Shown here one piece after another: positions 1 to 9,900 of a stretch of 64,000 bases of DNA (its first letter is position 1; each line of letters begins with the position of its first letter). Both the position numbers and the translations under genes were made by a program. Source of the DNA: Octopus sinensis (taxonomy: Eukaryota). The stretch lies in assembly GCF_006345805.1 (NCBI RefSeq), contig NC_043008.1, forward strand, positions 72,726,001 through 72,790,000, read 5' to 3'. The notes under the pieces are model-generated. The model searched no databases and was not told the DNA's origin. It saw only the letters and a list, made by a program, of their open reading frames with translations.

Positions 1-269
1 TATATACGTTCATGTAATTTGTTGTTGTTGTTGTTGTTGTTTTTGTTTATTCTTATTTTGTTCATGTGTTTACATCCACTTATTATTATCATTACACATG
101 CTTGTATGGATGTATGTATGTATAACAACAATACTAGTAAATAAACACACACTAAATAAATATAGATGCACATAGAGATATAAGCATGCGCAAATGAAAA
201 CATACAATAGAAATACAAAATGGCTGACGGTTAGTAAGGAGAGACACAAATAAGAAAGAAGAAAACAAA

Positions 270-314
270 GGACTACTGATGCAGTCACAGGAGTGTGATG
301 AAAGAACTCTGGCC
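270..314 (+). ncRNA. Degenerate minimal type I hammerhead-like motif
   Basis: ggacta-CTGATGC-a-gtcac-aggagt-gtgat-GAAA-gaactc-tggcc. Core order is correct and stem II can form 5 bp, but A9 is C, the stem III loop is only 2 nt and stem I has a mismatch. Confidence 0.3.
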
Positions 315-697
315 GAAATAAGATTAAGATTAATGTAAAAAATAAATAACACTGAAGCAAAGTAACACCAAATATATAATGTGTGTGTTTTTATTGGCTA
401 AACTGGCAAAATGACCATTCCGAAATATAACAATATATATATATATACATACATACATACATACATGTATATATATTTATGTATCTGTATATATATATGC
501 GTACATATATATGTATATATATAGAGGTTATGCGGGGTAATGGTGTCAATAAGACCCAAGGGTATCAGGTAATGCTGAATAAGTGCTATGGACAGACCAT
601 AGTTAAGCTCCAGGTTTGGTGATTATGAGAATAAGGAGTCCAACGTAGGTCATATATCAGCATGTGTATATATAGAAAACAAATTTTTTCAGAATGA

Positions 698-791
698 GAT
701 AAAAAAACCAAAGCTGTGAAGATTTTAGAACATTTATAAATAGGTATATTTATAAATGCTCTAAAATCTTCATAGCCTTTGTTTTTTTATC
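698..791. repeat. Near-perfect palindrome (45-bp arms, 4-nt loop); MITE/fold-back-like
   Basis: Arm 698-742 is the reverse complement of 747-791 at 41 of 45 positions. Confidence 0.9.
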
Positions 792-799
792 ACACTCTG

Positions 800-839
800 A
801 TATATTATATATATACACATATATATGTATATATATGTG

Positions 840-897
<58 letters not shown>

Positions 898-967
898 TAA
901 ATTAGAGACAAAACCACTATTAGGCAAATCAAACAATGAAAAACTTAAGCCAATACATTTATTATTA

Positions 968-1022
<55 letters not shown>

Positions 1023-1300
1023 TGTGTGTGTGTAAACACATATATATATCTATATGTCTATTATATATATGTATATATATATGTATACTCACACATGCAT
1101 GCACACACACACATACACATATATATATTATATATACACATATGCATGTATATATGTATATTATGTTTGTGTGTGTGTGTAAACATATATATATATATAT
1201 ATGTATATATCTATATGTCTATTATATATATATATATATATTATATATATACTCACACATGCATGCATGCACACACACACACACACATACATACATATAT
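800..1300. repeat. Compound (TA)n/(CA)n microsatellite with an internal tandem duplication
   Basis: Long TA runs; the block gtgtgtgtaaaca...tctatatgtctattatat...actcacacatgcatgcacacac occurs at about 1021-1130 and again at about 1168-1290. Confidence 0.9.
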
Positions 1301-1436
1301 GCTCACTTTGATGTACTCAGTTATTTATAAAACTGACAATCACAGGTCCAGTTGCCCAATATCTATAAAATCAGTGATTTCAGATATTATTTCAGATGTC
1401 ATTTATAATAATATTCTAATATAACATTAAATGAAT

Positions 1437-1765
1437 AGGGTGCCAGTGCCACCAAGCATGGTCGATGCCTGTACTGCCCGAGTATGGTCAATGCCAGTGT
1501 CGCCCAAGTATGGTCAATGCCAGTGCTGCCTGAGTGTGGTTGATGCCAATGCCCCTTGACTTGTCCCTGTGCCGGTGGCACATAAAAAGCACCCACTACA
1601 CTCTCTGGGTGGTTGGCTTTAGAAAGGATATACAGCTGTAGAAACCTTGCCAGATCAGATTGGAGCCTGGTGCAGCCTCCTGGCTTGCCAGTCCTCAGTC
1701 AAACCATCCAACCCATGCCAGCATGTAAAGTGGACGTTAAACAATGACGATGATGATGATGATGG
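1437..1765 (+). mobile_element. Short interspersed element, family C, with internal 26-bp tandem repeats and (GAT)n tail
   Basis: Body aaaagcacccactacactctctgggtggttggc...aggaagggcatccagctgtagaaacc recurs at about 10780-10900, 22850-23020, 48700-48995, 54105-54260 (minus) and 63270-63430; copies end in catgatgat-type tails. Confidence 0.75.
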
Positions 1766-1799
1766 ATGAAGCTCATGGTTTATTCCAATGTTTATTCAG

Positions 1800-2420
1800 A
1801 AGTAAAAACTGCATTCATGATTGTTTCCAACCCCTCTGAACAGATCAAAAAAAGTAACCCTTTGACCAACTGCCTGGCCCAAACTCCTACAAGATGGAGA
1901 CCACCAAAAAGTCAGTTGGGGAAAGCTGAACTGGCTGTTGGATTAAGCATACCCCTCCCCTACCAAGAAGAACCCAATATCAGGAAGCCTTTGGTCACAA
2001 AAGTAAAGGAACAAGCATTATAGAGATCTTTCCCACCTTATTTAACTCCTAAAATAACAGGAAGACACCTACTATTTATCCAGCTCTGTTTGAAATGCAT
2101 AGATTTAATTATCAGCCAAAACCTCACTAGGAGGATGAACCACTGGCATCCTTCCAAAACCATGGTCAAAGACTTTTATATAGGACAACTTTACTGTGAG
2201 AGCTGATTAATTTTGGATATTGGTGATGGAACAAGCTATATGGTCCACTTGTCTCTGTATTCTATGCAAGCGTATGTTGTTGATAGATGATACGCCTCTG
2301 CAATGTAGCCAGTGGAATGATTTTTTGGTGATGCAAATTGGTCCTTTTGAACTTGAATAGATTATTGACCACACACCTATTTCCTCTCATCCGTTGGTCA
2401 TCTCTAATTCCTATGATCTC
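1800..2420 (-). mobile_element. Possible highly decayed L1/Tx1-type reverse transcriptase fragment
   Basis: Frameshifted minus-strand pieces NLHHQKNHSTGYI, INNIRL, IEYRDK, SYIKVFDH and GVK*GG resemble RT motifs QTGFI, NIRL, D.EKAFD and GVRQG. Confidence 0.3.
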
Positions 2421-3479
2421 CTCAAATAACTGGTTTTATTGTATATTTCCATAAAGTTATGTTTTCTTCTCCTTACAATTTACTTTATCTTCCTCATTCC
2501 TCCACCTCCATTTCATTTTCTTAATATTTTGTCAACCTCCTTGGAATTAGACAATAATTTCTCCTGTTGTTCATGCCAAAGTATGTTTACTACTACTACT
2601 ACTACTACTACAATATCTACCCAACATATATATATATTACTAAACAAGCAATCAGAAAGTGAGTCTGTCAAGAGAATGTGTCAACCAGACAATACTTCAG
2701 CTGTTAATACAAGTCTGCCAGAATAGAAAACACTGCACACCAGTTTTGTTCTTTTTTTTTTGTTTCATTTTGTTTATTATACGTATCTCGATGTTTCTTT
2801 AACTTTGCTCTGTTCTTGTTATTATAACCAATGTTAAGTTGTCTCACACTTCCATCTATTCACACAAACCTCTTTCTATATTGCTCTCCATTTTCACCTG
2901 GGATAGCTGATTTTTTCGCCAAGCTAAAGATATTTTTCTAATAACAGCTGCTTTTCATGGCTCATTGAATTCTGTATGCAAGTTCAACTATCTAATTTGA
3001 ATATTCTCTCTCTCCCTCTCTATTTGCTTATGCATTTATTTTTGTTTGTTTGTTTGTTTGGTCATTATTTATATTATTTTCTTCTTCCATTAATGTTCGT
3101 TGATATTTTGCTCTCCGCTCCTCATATTCAACTTTTCCAATAGTGATAAAACATATTCTCTTTCCTTGTTATTTATATTTTTCTATATTGCCTTACTTAA
3201 TAAATATTCATCCATTTTAGTAGTATTTTTTTCATTTTTTCTTTTCTTCTTGTTGCATTCCTTTCTTTTTCAATGTTGTTGTTTTGTTGTAGTTGTTGTT
3301 GTTTTGTTGTTGTTGTTGTTGTTGTTACACAATTTCTCAATCTCCATAATGGTTCACTGATCATTCTTGATTATCTCAGGGAAAAATAAATATATGAAAG
3401 ATTTGCTAAAATCTCTTTTGCTGTTATTACCAGCTGAAGATCCAGTAAGCTGGCGGAATCACAAAAATTGTTGAGAATA

Positions 3480-3820
3480 GGTGGAGGGATAAAGAAAGAG
3501 GTGTGAGTGAGAGAGGAAAGGAGAAGAAGAGAGGGGATCGAGGAGGAGCAAGGAGAGAGGAGCAGGAAGGGGAGAATAGCAGAAGGAAGGAGAGAGGAGG
3601 AGGAAGGTGACAGAAGAAGGGAAGAGAAGAGTAACTTCAGAGTAAAGTTCAGTTTCAATTTTCACTTCAGACAAATGTATGTGTTTGAGTGAGAGGGATA
3701 GACAGTGTGTGTGTGTGTGTGTGTGTGCATGTTAGAGAAAGAGAGAGAGAGAGTGAGAATGTGTATGTTTGTGTTAGAGAGTGAATATCTTTGTGTGCAA
3801 GCAGGAAAGAGAGAAGGCAT
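3480..3820. repeat. Purine-rich (GA/GGA) tract followed by (GT)n/(GA)n
   Basis: Direct inspection; similar polypurine or polypyrimidine tracts at about 10080-10700, 15100-15560, 22210-22830 and 34020-34400. Confidence 0.85.
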
Positions 3821-4228
3821 GTGAAGGTGTGTGTGTGCATTGTTCATAGTTTAAATTTCACAATTCCAAGCCCATCATGAATGAAGCGTTGATTCCGTGT
3901 TTCCCATAGTTTTAAAATGAGAGACCAGTTGCAGTACTGACAACCCACCACCCCTGGATTGGCTGCTATTTTTCCTCAGAAGCAAGCTTACAGATGAACC
4001 AGTATCTACTTATTTACCTTCTGTGTACAGAAGAAATGCAATTGTATGTAGCTGCTTTAAGTCAAAGATATAACAGTCCTTAAAGACAGGCCAGTAGAGA
4101 CGGAACAAAAGACACTACAGAGCACAGGAATTAATTCTATGGTTTTAATTAATGAATCCTAAATAAAGCGAGAGGAACACCTAATGGACATTTAACAGAT
4201 GTTATTTACTACCAATGTCGTAAATATC

Positions 4229-4803
4229 TAAGGCAGTGAGCTGGCAGTATTGGTAGCATGCCAAGCCAAATGCTTAGCAGCACTTCATCTGTCTTTACAT
4301 TCTGAGCTCAAGTTCTGCTGAGGTTGACTTTACCTTTCATTCATTAGGGGTCAATAAAATAGGTACCAGTTGAACATTGAGGATGATGTAATTGACTTAC
4401 CTACTCTCCCCAAATTGCTGGCTTCATGCTAAAATTTGAAACTAATAAGGAAAATATCTAGTGTGACAACCACCACCACCACTACCACCATCACTACCAC
4501 AAACACCACTACCACCACCACAACTACTATTACTAGTACTACTACTAATAATAATAATGATTTCAAATTTTTGCCACAAGGGCAGATTGGGGTAGGGGAT
4601 TAAGTCATTCACATTGACCCCAGTGTGTCACTGGTACTTAATTTATCGACCCCAAAAGGATGAAAGGTAAAGTCGACCTCAGTGGAATCTGAACTCAGAG
4701 TGTAGTGATGGGTGAAATAAGGCTAAGTATTTCATGCAATATGCTAACGATTCTGCCAGTTCACCACCTTCTACTACTACTACTACTACTACTACTAATA
4801 ATA

Positions 4804-4850
<47 letters not shown>

Positions 4851-5730
4851 TTTCTTTCTACTATAGGTGTAAAACCTGAAATTTTGAAGGAGGGGGCTAA
4901 TTGGTCACATTGACCTCAGTTCTCAACCCTGACAGATTGAAAGGTGAAGTCGACATCAGTGGCATTTGAACTCACAATGTAAAACAAACAAAATTTCATT
5001 AAACATTCTGTCTGGTGTCCTAACAATTCTGCCATTTAGCTGCCTTAATGATAACAATGAACAATGGTAATGATTTTAAATTTTGGCACAAGGTCAGAAA
5101 TTTCAGGGGAATGGGGGAGTCGATTGCATTGACCCTAGTGTTTAACCCTTTCGATACCAACCCAGCTGAAACCGGCTCTGGCTCTGTAGTACAAATGTCT
5201 TGTTTTCATACGTTTTGAATTAAAATCTTCCACCAAATCTTAGTCACAATTTATGTTCCTAACACTAGCTTAATGGTAACTAAGTTATTTTACTAAATTC
5301 TTTGTTATATTTAAAATAATTAAAAGAAACACAGAGCATCTCAAAATAAATACAGTAATGAAAGGGTTAATTAATACTTATTTTATCAACCCCAAAATGA
5401 TGGAAGCCAAGTCAACTTTGGCAGAATTTGAACTCAGAATGTAAAAATCACAGGAAATGTCACTAAGCATTTTGTCCAGCATGCTAACAATTCTGCCAGC
5501 TCACCAACAAAATAATCCTTTCTACTCTAAGCACAAAACCTAGAATTTCTAGGGAGGAGGATAGTCGATCACATCAACCCCAGCCCTTGACTGGTACTTA
5601 ATTTATCGACCCTCAAAGAATGGAAAGCACAATTGACCTCAGCAGAATTTGAACTCAGAATAATATAAAGACCAATGAAATGCCGCCTAAACATTTGGTT
5701 TGGCATGCTAATGATTCTGCAACTTGCCCT
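4229..5730. mobile_element. Cluster of five family A SINEs (one plus, four minus) separated by (ACC)/(CTA)/(TAA) repeats
   Basis: Consensus aggcagtgagctggcagaatcgttagc...ttctgagttcaaattc...gtcgactttgcctttcatcc...taagtaccag. Copies at about 4229-4446 (+), 4558-4770, 4852-5047, 5071-5506 and 5514-5730 (all minus). The head has tRNA-like A/B-box motifs. Confidence 0.85.
5146..5366. mobile_element. piggyBac-type MITE with TTAA target duplication, inserted into a SINE
   Basis: TTAA(5142-5145)|CCCTTTC ... GAAAGGG|TTAA(5367-5370); the interrupted SINE sequence resumes after the element. Confidence 0.85.
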
Positions 5731-6213
5731 CATCACCAACTAAATAATAATGGTGATTATAACTTTTAAGAAGCCAATATATTATGGATTCTACTGATAA
5801 AGAATACTGGGATAATATCAAAAGGTACTTAGTTCTATTTTACTCTATTTTCATTCAATGTAGAGTTAGAATATCTTTGAAGTTGTTTAAGATGATCCAT
5901 TTCATACCTCTCTCACCTCTCTCAGCAAACTCCAATTTTTACAGTAGAGTCTTTTGTGTTATAAAATAGGAAATTCTTGTGATGCTGCTAACCCTGTCAT
6001 GCACCAAAAATTCCATTCTCAGTTCCAATAGAACAACTGCCCCATTGTTTGTGGCTGTTTTCCTCTGTATATTTTACATCCATTTCTTTTAATTAGACGA
6101 ATACATGTTACTGAGGCATTGGTCCTGCGGTCAATTGCTGTTCCTATCATTAACCCTTGCCTTTCTTTTGAGTAAGGGAGTTTTCATTTCTCTCATTTTT
6201 GAAGGTACCTTAT

Positions 6214-6590
6214 AGGTGCAGGTATGGCTGTGTGGTAAAAAGATTAGTGCCCAAGCACATGGTTCCAAGTTCAGTCCCACTGTGAGGCACTTTGGGCAAG
6301 TGTCTTCTACTTAAGCCTCAGGCCAACCAAAGCCTTGTGAGTGGATTCAGAAGATGGAAACTGAAAAAAAGCCCATTGTGTGTGTGTGTGTGTGTGTGTT
6401 TTGCCCTCACCCTCACTTGACAACTGATGTTGGTTTGTTTACATCCCCATAACTTAGCAGTTCAGGAAAAGTGACCAATATAATAAGTCCCATGTTTAAA
6501 AAATTAAGTACTGGGGTTAATCCATTCAATTGAATACTCTCCAAAGCAGCACCCTTTCATGATCAGAGTCCAAGGACTGAAAGAAGTGGA
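6214..6590 (+). mobile_element. Family B tRNA-derived SINE with internal (GT)n
   Basis: ggtgcaggtatggctgtgtggtaa...ggttccaagttcagtcccactgtgaggcactttgggcaagtgtcttctac; same family at about 38333-38735 (-), 39261-39741 (-), 42158-42563 (+), 49040-49442 (-) and 55800-56175 (+). Confidence 0.85.
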
Positions 6591-7314
6591 TGATGATAAA
6601 GATCTACATACTGGATGATGTTTTTGCTGAGGAAATATCAACAAACATCATCATCCGTGGTTTAGCTCTTTCCAGAATGTAAACATTCTCATGCACACAC
6701 AAAGGGCTGTGTATAGTTCATTTTTATCATATCCTCTCACAATTCATTGGATGGCCTAAGGCTACATTGTCCAAGGTGCTGTACTGTGGGACTGAACCTG
6801 AAACCTCACAGATATGAAAACAACTTCTTAAACAGCCAGCTAATGTATGCAACTCAATCATTAGCTACCATATATCAATCAACTATGTCACACTGTACAA
6901 ATCACCTTCATTCTTTCCGATAATTCTGCCAAGTTAACGAAATTAGAGAACCATATATCCTAAGGTTAGAAGCACCATTCCTTAGAAGACATCCAAGTTA
7001 GCTAAATAAATCTGTATTCAAATAACATGGCTGTCACATTTCTCTTTTGCAAACTTGGTTAAATATTTTGCCAACAGTGTTGTTTGAACATGCTAAAACC
7101 TCTTGGCTGCTAACAGAATATTTCAAAGAAATTTCAAGAACATTTCTCTAAACTTATGCTATTTGTCTTTTTTTAAATTTTATTTACACCTTATTAATGG
7201 TTCGCCGCTATAGATTTCCAAGCTAGTATTTTTTATACGCTTTTTTTCTGTGAAGATTTCTTTTATACTTTGCTCTCTCTTAATATATATTATACATACA
7301 TGCATGCACTTGTA

Positions 7315-7353
<39 letters not shown>

Positions 7354-7376
7354 CAAATAAGAAAATGGAGGAGCTG

Positions 7377-7422
<46 letters not shown>

Positions 7423-7784
7423 ATACAGCTATGTTGTACAAAAGTTTATCATAATTTATCGCATTTCACCATTTTATTTTGGTCATTATTCTTTATTAAT
7501 ATTATTATTATTATGATTATTATTATTATTATTAATTTATAGTGTTTATTTGAGTTTTTCTTTATAATTTTGTTTCTTAACTCAATAAAGTGAGAAGCAC
7601 TTAAAGAATACAAGACTGGTAGAATATTTTTCATGTTGGAGAAGAATTCAGCATGATATTGCTGGCATATGTGAATTAGAGGCAAGGCAGAAAAGAAAAA
7701 TAAATTTGTGTCTTTAATGTAGATTTGAATGAATATGTTGACAGAACACATCGAATAAATAATATGCATACATATAGGTGTGCG

Positions 7785-7817
<33 letters not shown>

Positions 7818-7847
7818 TATATGTATATATGTATATATCTATATCTT

Positions 7848-7901
<54 letters not shown>

Positions 7902-7960
7902 CATATATAAAGATATAGATAGATATATACACGTGTTTATATGTTTATACATACATGCAT
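7315..7960. repeat. (TA)n and (ATT)n microsatellites
   Basis: Direct inspection; these explain the Tyr/Ile-rich ORFs listed here. Confidence 0.9.
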
Positions 7961-8849
7961 ACTTACACACACACAGACTCATTTGTATGTATGGTTTGGT
8001 GGTAGTGTGTTGCTATGGAAATATTACCATTCCAGAAACCTGATGTTCTTATTTAATGCCAAAGTAGTTGATAGTGAAGTAGGTTTCCAGCTGTGAAATA
8101 ACACTTAAGTATGTTCTGCAATTATCAGTGATCTTGGAGAGAATGTATATATATGTTATATTTGTATATATATGTATTATAAATAGCAATAAAGACTAAA
8201 GCATTTACAAACAGCAATAATAATAATATCATTCTGGTTAATGATTATTAAATTATACCTGTGGTATATATGCTGACCTGTTGTATAAGTCAAGTGCAAG
8301 GCTTTCAGGTACGACTTCTAGTTGAAGCCTATAGTCTTCATAAATTCCAGCCTACTTTCCTTACTTTCACTCTACAAGGACTAGAATGAGATACTTAGTA
8401 TTTGCTAGAGCTAAAAGCCAAATCTCTAAGGAACCTTTTCTCAAATCTATCATGAAATATTCACAGCATTTATTCTGATTCCCTAGAACGTACTTCATGT
8501 CAAGTGTTTGATCTAAATCATAACCAGTCTCATCTGTGAAGCATTACTAGAATATATACACCACCCCGATAATAAATGCTATTGAAATACTGATATTAAC
8601 ACTACAGAAATATATATATATATTGTATCACTGACATCATTAGCCAACCCGGCACCCTGGTACATTAGTGATATGTGTGTGTGTATGTGGTTACATCATA
8701 CTACTGAAATTGCATAACGAACTTGTACAAACATACCAGTGTATTCAATGATTCCATGGTACATTAGCACTATACATGTGTGTTTGCTTCACACAAATGA
8801 CATTGGAGCACTTATGTGTTTACCATGAAATACACTGGTATTGAAGATA

Positions 8850-9135
8850 TGTGACTGAGTGGTTAGGGTGTTCAGTGATGCATTGTGTTCTTGAGCAAGA
8901 CACTTTATTTCTCATTGCTTCAGTTCAATCAACTGGCAAAAATGAGTAGTAGCTGTATTTCAGAGGGCTTGCTTTGTCACATTGTGTGTCACACTGAATA
9001 TCCCTAAGAACTTCATTAAGTGTATGCAAGTCTATGGAGTGCACAGCCACTTGCACATCAATTTTATGAGCAGGCTGTTCTACTGATTGGATCAATTGGA
9101 ACCTTCATCATCATAACAGCCGAGTGTCAGTTACA
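8850..9135 (+). mobile_element. Family D SINE
   Basis: gtgactgagtggttagggtg...cttgagcaagacacttta...cagccacttgcac...gagcaggctgttc; an inverted copy of the same family lies at about 58035-58358. Confidence 0.75.
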
Positions 9136-9459
9136 TTGTTGCACAATATATTCCTTAGTACACTTTACTATCATCATTATCATCAACATCCAAAATAAAT
9201 AAGTATGTTGTCCAGGCTTGGTTTACTAAAATCTTACTATCACAATATAGCATCACTTGATACAGTGTAAGCTTTGGACACTCAAGAGGTGCAGTAAAAT
9301 CAGAGGAAGATTTAACTGGAAAAGTAGGCTTTATATGAGGCAGATTCATAGGAGCAAAACACACCAAGAATACACGCAGAGAACATTCTGAAAGTATATT
9401 TGCTAGAATAAAAACTGACAAGAGAAAGTTCAGAGAATTATTTCTGCAGTTGTGACAAA

Positions 9460-9900
9460 AGGCCTTTCTCTTGGAGTGAAAGGTAGATTGTATGATGCTT
9501 GTGAATGAACAGCAATGCTACACACTTGTGTGACTTGGGCCACAAAAGCAGAAGACATGTGAAGACTAGAAATAAATAAAACTAGTTTACTGGATGTGCA
9601 ATACCAGTGTGTACGTACAACAAATTGCAAATGTGCTGAGAGAAAAATTGGGCATAAGCATCAGATATGGTATTCAAGACAGAAGACTGCTTTGGTATGG
9701 TCATGTCATGCATAAGGATGAAGATAGCTGCATAAAGAAGTCAACTGGGAAATGCAGATATAACTCTTGGAAGAGGGAAACCTAGGAAAATTTGAGACAA
9801 AGTAGTGACACTATCCACATGTTGTTGAGCCTTGCAGAGGAGATGACAAAGGACCAAGATGATTGGCAATTCGTCGTGCTTGAGAAAAACCACCCCAATA
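9460..9900 (+). mobile_element. RTE-clade LINE 3' fragment (RT C-terminal region), decayed
   Basis: LYDACE*TAMLHTCVTWATKAEDM*RLE and WMCNTSVYVQQIANVLREKLGISIRYGIQDRRLLWYGHVMHKDEDSCIKK...GRGKPRK match the RTE motifs RRLRWYGHV and GRGRP. Confidence 0.8.

Noticed and set aside
779-1424. Long ORFs of up to 183 aa rich in Y/I/H/T/C/V
   Set aside because: Translations of (TA)n and (CA)n repeats, which lack stop codons.
1460-1553. 26-bp repeated unit that looks CRISPR-like
   Set aside because: Units are head-to-tail with no unique spacers, lie inside a dispersed element, and there are no cas genes in this eukaryotic context.
4229-4330. tRNA-like A/B boxes at SINE heads as tRNA genes
   Set aside because: No complete cloverleaf; each head continues into a shared SINE body.
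5771-5824. Possible exon SQYIMDSTDKEYWDNIKR
   Set aside because: Weak AAG acceptor and GTACTT donor; expected by chance.
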